DNA of 64,000 bases, the filler included, from Asterionella formosa (taxonomy: Eukaryota), in NCBI GenBank assembly GCA_002256025.1. It is 5 parts of 5 records of this genome, joined end to end, with 100 filler letters (N's around TTAATTAATTAA, not from the genome) between each part and the next. Parts side by side here need not be neighbours in the genome. Positions count along the whole stretch, not along the records: positions 52,546 to 64,000 come from NKIB01008493.1; 4 more parts are not named here. One strand, 5' to 3'. A program made the translations under genes and the position numbers. This document shows positions 57,896 through 64,000 of the stretch, piece after piece (position 1 is the stretch's first letter; every line of letters starts with the position of its first letter). The notes below the pieces were generated by a model. It was not told the origin of the DNA and searched no databases. It worked only from the letters and a program-made list of their open reading frames with translations.

Positions 57896-59220
57896 ATTTA
57901 ATTTAATTTAATTCAGAATGTGCAAATGTATGATGATTGCTAGATTCAATATAAACATGATAAAATGTAAGAAATAATGATTTTGAAGCCAACTAGCTTT
58001 ATACTGTTGACTAATCAAACCATAGAGAGATATTACGGATACATATTGTCTACCGGGTACCATGAGAAAAGGCAGCATACTATTGTTCTTAATTGAGTGA
58101 AACCTCCTTTGTAAGTGCGTGTACAGTGGTACATATACTAGATATAAATTTATAGCAATTGGTTTCTCCTTAAATATTGGTTGAAAAGTGCAATCAACGA
58201 AAATATTGCCAGAACACGGATTACCCCATGTTTTGGGGATTCATTGTTATATGATACACGCAGCTCAATAGAAAAATATCGCCTTCGATTTATTTGTTGT
58301 CTGATTCCTGTCATATCCTTGTCCCTGTCACTTGATAGTGCCTAAGTAACTTGAGAATTATAAACTGGCGCCCTATCACACATAAACTTGAAAGGAAATG
58401 TGTACATACCAGTGTGCGATTTTTAGCTCGTAATATGGCAAAAAAGGTATCGAGCAAGGCGGCTCAGTCTATTCGCAGCACAAACAAAGCCAGGATGATT
58501 GAACATTGCCTATTGAACATCTGCTACATAATCCTGGTTCATGATGATTGAAGACAGTATAAAAATACCAGTAGTAGTATTGATTTTACCTACTGGTATT
58601 CAGTGCATCTAATATGTGTGGCTGGCGTCAACCGATCAGAATATGTGTAGTGATGAGGGAAGTAACACAGGAGTCTTTTTGGACAGAGAGATATCCAGCA
58701 AAACATACCTACACAAGACTCTAAGTATACAAGAATATTTTTGCATGTAAAAATTCAGATTCCAATATTTAAAAAGCCAATTTGGTGGACATTTTGGAGG
58801 ACAATTGCTCTTCATCTATGGGTTTCATGAAGAATAATATAAATAGCTGTGTACCCTATAACGTCAGGAGTTAACTTCTGCAGAGAAGTGGCAGTTATCT
58901 CCCATAGATTTTGAAAAGGAGGTTTGTAACCCCCTTTTTTGTCAAGAATATTAGCTTGATTCACAGGGAATGTAGACTCAATTGTAATCCAACAAGTCAA
59001 ATCTTGCATTGCCACATCAATCAGGAAAGAAGAGGTGTCTATCATGGTCAGATGGAGGTACCATTCAACTTGAGTACTACATAGTAGGTACACCTGTAGA
59101 GTCATAGTCACCTTTTGAGTGTAGTAATTCAGTATGCTCTTCACTTTTCCACATGTGCAGAACTATACATAATCTTCAAAGCATTATTTGCATGTGGAAT
59201 GGTTTTGGCTAATGAAAACA

Positions 59221-59860
59221 GGAGTAGAATCTTTGGCACAAAAGACACATAGTTAACAACTTTCCTTCAGGTTAAGATTGTCAAAGGAAATTATCATTTG
59301 TGGCAATTCACATCTCATAATATGATCCTAGAAGTCAACCCAACTTTTCAACCAATTCAATAGTTGTTGGTCTACTTTTGCAAATGGTCTGAATGCAACA
59401 AATGGCTAATTTGATGTTTCAACTCAATTCTCACATAAAGTGCAGTTATTTTTATGTTCCATTTTTGCACTGAAAAATGTTGGCAACAGAACTTCTTTTC
59501 TTTGGCAAAGTCTTTGGGTTAATGGCTGCCTGTTCAGAAGTGATGGTTTATAGAGAGCTCACAATAATTATAAAGGTGCAATCTGATCAACTTCACTTGT
59601 TCACTATAGTTATTTTTGATAATTATTGCATTGTCTATATCAGCTTTGCATTGCAATTCCCAAAAAGTAGAATCTTGGCACACAAGACACATTGTTAAAT
59701 GCTACCATTCAGGTTATGATTGTCAAAGGCAGGTATCATTTATGACAATTCACATACCCCATTATGATCTGTTGGCCTTACAAGTCGATCACTTTTCAAC
59801 CAATTAAAAAGTGTTTGGCCTCCTGTTGCGATTTCTCTGAATGCAACGAATGGCTAATGT
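59221..59860. repeat. Diverged direct duplication (59221-59410 similar to ~59665-59860) of the kinase 3' region
   Basis: gtagaatctt.ggcaca.aagacacat.gttaa, gattgtcaaagg, caattcacat, ttttcaaccaatt and tctgaatgcaac.aatggctaat occur in both copies. Confidence 0.8.
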
Positions 59861-62094
59861 ACACACCGAGGCCAGAATTCCATCATCCCAATTCTTTGCT
59901 AGAGGATCAACATCTTCTACCAGTTTTAGAATTGCCAACACCAATGCCTCATCAATGTTTCCTTCAAATTCATCTGGGAAGTATCGTTCATAGAAATCTC
60001 CCAACCTTGTCTTATCATTTTGGAGGCAGCCTGTCACAAGCTCAATCATGACAATGCCAAATGAGTAAACATCACATGATGCTTCAAATTTTTTACCGCC
60101 CCTAGAATACCATGGACATTTGTAGCCAGGTGTCCCAAAGACTCCACCATTTAATGAATTCTGAACTGACATCGAAATTGCATTGCCATCGTTAGGCACA
60201 AACTTGGAAAGGCCACAATCAATCAGCTTGGCAGTATAGTTATTTGAAAGCCAGATATTAGCCGATTTTATGTCACGATGAAACAGACCAAGGTAGTCCT
60301 TTCTTTTAGTATGAAGGAAGTGGATGGCAGAATTAATGTTGTAAATGATTCGAAGTCGGATCTCACTTGAGAGAGTTGCTCTGCTTTGTTCGCTCTCATA
60401 AAATTTATCAAGAGAACCCTTGGATGCATACTCAAACACAAAGTATTGATTGGGCGAAACAGAGGACAAACGATAGCCATACAAAGATACGATATTGGGG
60501 TGTCGGAACCTCTTCAATGCCTGAAACAGTATCACAGTAGAATGAGAAACAGAAAGTCTTAAAAACATGCAATATTTGATACCACGAATGAGCTCACCTC
60601 CAATTCAGTTTTATCTTTCTTCACAGCAATGTCATAATAGAAATGTTTAACAGCAAAAACCCGATTGTCATACTTGCCTTGGTAGACAACACCAAAAGCT
60701 CCTACACCAAGTTTCAAGGAAACATCAAGGTTGTTTGTAAAACTTTCAATGAATTTCATAGGAAACCTGATTGGTTTTGAACTCTCATCATCAATAGCTT
60801 CCTTTATTTTCAACCAAGCTTCAGAAGTGAGATCAGAATTGAGATCAGTTGGATTGCTACTGCGTAGTGTTCGAGTTGCGGGAGAAGGAAGATGAGCGGC
60901 TTTTTTTGTTATTCGAGGAGTGGGCGCTGGTGGTATCGGAGGTGTAGGCCCGTTTTCATCTTCAATCGGGGTTGGAGGTACATTAGGGGTGACAAGTTGA
61001 GCCTCCTTTGTTTTCTCAACGCAGATCTCCAGTTTTACATAAATTTTACTCTTATTGCTCTCGTTGCAGAACAGTCCATTCCTCGCTGTCTTGCCGAATA
61101 GCACCAACCCTGCATGTTTGGTTCGCTGTTTAAGTACTTCTCGATCGAACTTGACAAATGAACTCTGAACGCCTACCCCGAGCGTCCCCAAAGAAACCAC
61201 CTGCTGAATTCCGCCACTTAGGTTTCCCTGAACCCGACTGCTGTCCTTGGATTGTTGAAAATTGTCAATATCTACCCTGTTGTTCGCTCCTACATAGCTT
61301 ATCGTGAAGGTAGCACGCTGTATCACTGAGTCTGTCGTCAACCGACAGCTTTTGAAACGATATCCTGCTGGTATGTGGTGTACAACTTCCTTTGTTTGCT
61401 TACTGTTAAGTATCATGATAGGCCCTTCAAGCCATTGTTCTGATGACGGCACTTTCTTCTTACGCGCGCCCCCCAACAAGCCGGCCTTGCCCAAGTACAC
61501 ACACGGCGCGTAGGGAGGATGGGCAGTAGCCATGATATGAATGCGAGATCTAGATGCCCAAACATCTTGGCGCTGCAAATCTGCAAGCAGCATCCCGATG
61601 TCTCCGGAGCTCACCACAGGTAGGGTGCGCTTGTGCGTACTGGTACCTATGCCAGCCAGAAGTACCGCCTGCCACTGACCACCCACCTGCCTAAACAGGA
61701 CACGCTCGCCATAAGAAGCAGTAAAGAGCTTGGAGGGGTGATGGACATTGGAGATGCCTACAGCCCGAGAATGGATATCAGCAACTTGAACTTTGGCAGC
61801 ATCTGACGCCGGTGGCAAAGACTTAACCCCATCAACGCGCGCCAACGAGGCCGATCCCACAACCGCTTGCTGGGTTGTGCGCAAGAGATGCTCTTGGGAT
61901 TCTTTCGGGCCTTCGGTGGTACCACCAGAGGGTGTGAGTACGGTAGAGGAGGAGGAAAGATGCTGGTACGGAGATGCTAGAACAACACCACGCACAGCGG
62001 AAGGCAACACGGCTGTGAATTCTTTGAGAGAAAGTTTAGTCAAACTTGGATCATTCGTTTTCAACCGTTCGACATCTTCTTCCCATATAGGCAT
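59804..62094 (-). CDS. Chimeric Pelle/IRAK/RLK-like (TKL) protein kinase; 2 exons (62094-60598, 60520-59804)
   Basis: LGVGAFGVVY, FAVK, TELE/ALKRFRHPNIV across a GTGAGC..TTTCAG intron, HRDIKSANI, LIDCGLSK, GTPGY, DVYSFG, RRP; long composite N-terminal extension. Confidence 0.88.
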
Positions 62095-62469
62095 TGTCAA
62101 TGTCGTCTTGAATGTAATGGAAGTTGTCTATTGTGTTGACGAGCGACTTTTTTCTTGTTCAAGTGAAGAGTGAAAAGTGTTTTTTTGTGGTCAAATTTCT
62201 TTTCTCGTGCTGCCAAAATAATGTCGCTCGTGTTTGTAATTCTTGACTACAGCGAACTGCTAGAACAAACACTTGAATGAACAGGAGAGATCAATGATCT
62301 CGATAGCAAAATTACGAAGAAGCGATGACAAGTCGAATAAACTGAAATTATGATGTTAAAACTAAGTTGAGACGAAAAAGGTAACCTTGGTGTAAATGAC
62401 TCTGAAAAGGTAGAAACAGAGTAGGGTAGTAGTTGCGACTTGATTTGGGAGAGTAGAGTCTACACAACA

Positions 62470-63790
62470 TGAATTCTTATGCTGTAGCTCTCAATATCCA
62501 TTGTCGTAGAACGAGGACGCGACCGCAATGAACGAGGTCAAGCAAAGGAATTCACACTGGTGAGTGTGTGAATGAGGGAAGAGTAGTGGGAATGTAGATT
62601 TGTAGTAGGAAATGTACGGGAGCAATAGTCCTTTCGGGACCGGTGTTATCTGTGACTAACTGGCACTAAGGCATAATAATCGGGTCACATACGGGAGCAA
62701 TAGTCCTTTCGGGACCAGTGTTATCTGTGCGTAACTGGCACTAAGGCATAATAATCGGGTCACGGCTCTCCCTCTCGAGGAAGTGAGACAGCACCAGCCC
62801 ATTAAGAGTTTCCGAAGGGCTTGATACTTGACACGATCAAGTCCTTTTGTAAAGATATCTAGAGTATTCTTACTGCTTTCAACCTTAAATATTTTGATTG
62901 TCCCGTTGGCAACATGTTCGCGAAAGAAGTGGTATGGGACAGCGATGTGTTTAGACCGATGAGTCATTCTTAGTGAGGTGGCTAAAATTAAAGCCCCATT
63001 GTTATCCTCAAACACGGATGAATACGTAGATGTAAGAAAAGAAGGATCATTCATCAACGATGATGCAACTTCTTCGACCAAAGATTTTAGTGGTAGAAGA
63101 CTGCGCATACTTGTACTGAGTGCAATATATTCAGCTTCCATAGTAGAAAGCGCGACTTATCCCTGTAGCTTGGATTGCCATATGAGGGGACAGTTTGCAG
63201 GAGAAATGACAAAACCTGTACGCGATTTAACAAATACTGGATCTTAGTCATCTTCGCGTCTCCACAAACCTGCATGGTACGCGTCAACATACGTATCCAG
63301 ACCGAGTTTCTTGGTAGGTCGCAATATTAGTCCTTGTGTAGATGTCCCATTTAGGTAGCGGCAGATTCGCCGGATGGCTTCACCATGGGACACTTTAGGC
63401 GAGTGTGTGAAACGTGCGCACTGATGCACAGCGAAAGAGATACCAGGGCGCGAATTCAAAGCTAGGTAGAGAAGCATTCCAACAGCAGATGGGTAGCTGA
63501 TTTCGTCAACAAATGTGTTGCCAAGTAGATCGGTTCCAAGAGCAGTTGAGCTCGCTGGAGTATCCTTTGCATTGCAATCCTGCATAAGACAAGTCCTGAG
63601 GATTCGATCAATCAAAGCCGTTTGAGTGAGGAACAGGGATCCATCCTCTAACTCATCAATTTGAATACCAAGAAAGCAGGAAATGTCTTTGTCCATTGTT
63701 AGTTTAAACTCTTTGCCCAAATTAGCAATCATTGTATCAATTTTCGTGACATCTTTTCCCAGATAGATTAAATCATCAACGAAAACAACG
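62470..63790 (-). mobile_element. Ty1/Copia retrotransposon 3' part: RT C-half, RNase H, PPT and 3' LTR
   Basis: FVDDL, FLGIQI, YPSAVGMLLYL..SRP.ISFAVHQCARF, YVDA, EAEYIALS, FEDNNGA, RSKHI..YHFFRE, DIFTKGL, LMGW; PPT gagagggagag near 62766-62776. LTR outer end approximate. Confidence 0.92.
62615..62763. repeat. 75-bp tandem duplication inside the Copia LTR
   Basis: tacgggagcaatagtcctttcgggacc...cgggtcac occurs at 62615 and 62690. Confidence 0.93.
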
Positions 63791-64000
63791 TCTGCAAATA
63801 AAAACTATCATATTTCCATGATGCATCATAGGATTGTGATCATCTGATCATAATTTTTCGTTATATCATCTATTAATTTTGATAAATGCCTTTGTAATTT
63901 AAATAGTAACCCTTTTGACTACATATATTTAATTATTATATGTATTGTTTCTATTTGATTCCTGTATTCGAATTTCTTGGTAGGATAATGTACCAGTTCA
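63790..64000. repeat. Inverted copy of the 221-440 repeat, abutting the truncated Copia RT
   Basis: Homology begins immediately before the codons for VVFVDD. Confidence 0.88.

Noticed and set aside
221..64000. Inverted repeat near both window ends as TIRs of a giant element
   Set aside because: The copies are on unrelated contigs, are diverged, and show no TSD; this is a dispersed repeat.
1..64000. tRNA, rRNA or telomeric repeats
   Set aside because: None recognised by eye; tRNAscan-SE and Infernal were not run.

Overview
Eukaryotic, intron-poor DNA that looks like a diatom/stramenopile draft genome (inference from gene content, short GT-AG introns and TE families). It is not one locus. Five contigs are joined by artificial 100-bp N-TTAATTAATTAA-N spacers. 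The three complete internal contigs are 13046, 13035 and 13015 bp, i.e. sorted by size, so adjacency across spacers is meaningless. Host genes: complex I B15/NDUFB4-like subunit, class-3 lipase, PTP/DSP phosphatase, GST/metaxin-like protein, gamma-glutamyltransferase, condensin II CAP-H2, FAH (5' part), SCOT, HSF and two orphans. Many TE fossils are present: Harbinger, a complete Pong-like element with TIRs and TTA TSD, two Cryptons, Plavaka, pogo-like, LINE, DIRS/Ngaro and Copia. Most interesting observations: (1) a chimeric Pelle/IRAK-like kinase carrying a GC-rich block resembling the N-terminal domain of Amoebophilus/Cardinium-type endosymbiont proteins; (2) the palindrome TACCGGTA and (GGTACCW)n arrays, strongly over-represented and almost confined to 5' flanks of genes; (3) an intronless bacterial-type SF1 helicase with a Vsr/REase-like tail; (4) a convergent pair of cyclase-less DUF5939-like Cys-rich proteins; (5) an Smr nuclease fused to about six UIM-like repeats. 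All family assignments come from motif recognition by eye, not from database searches.
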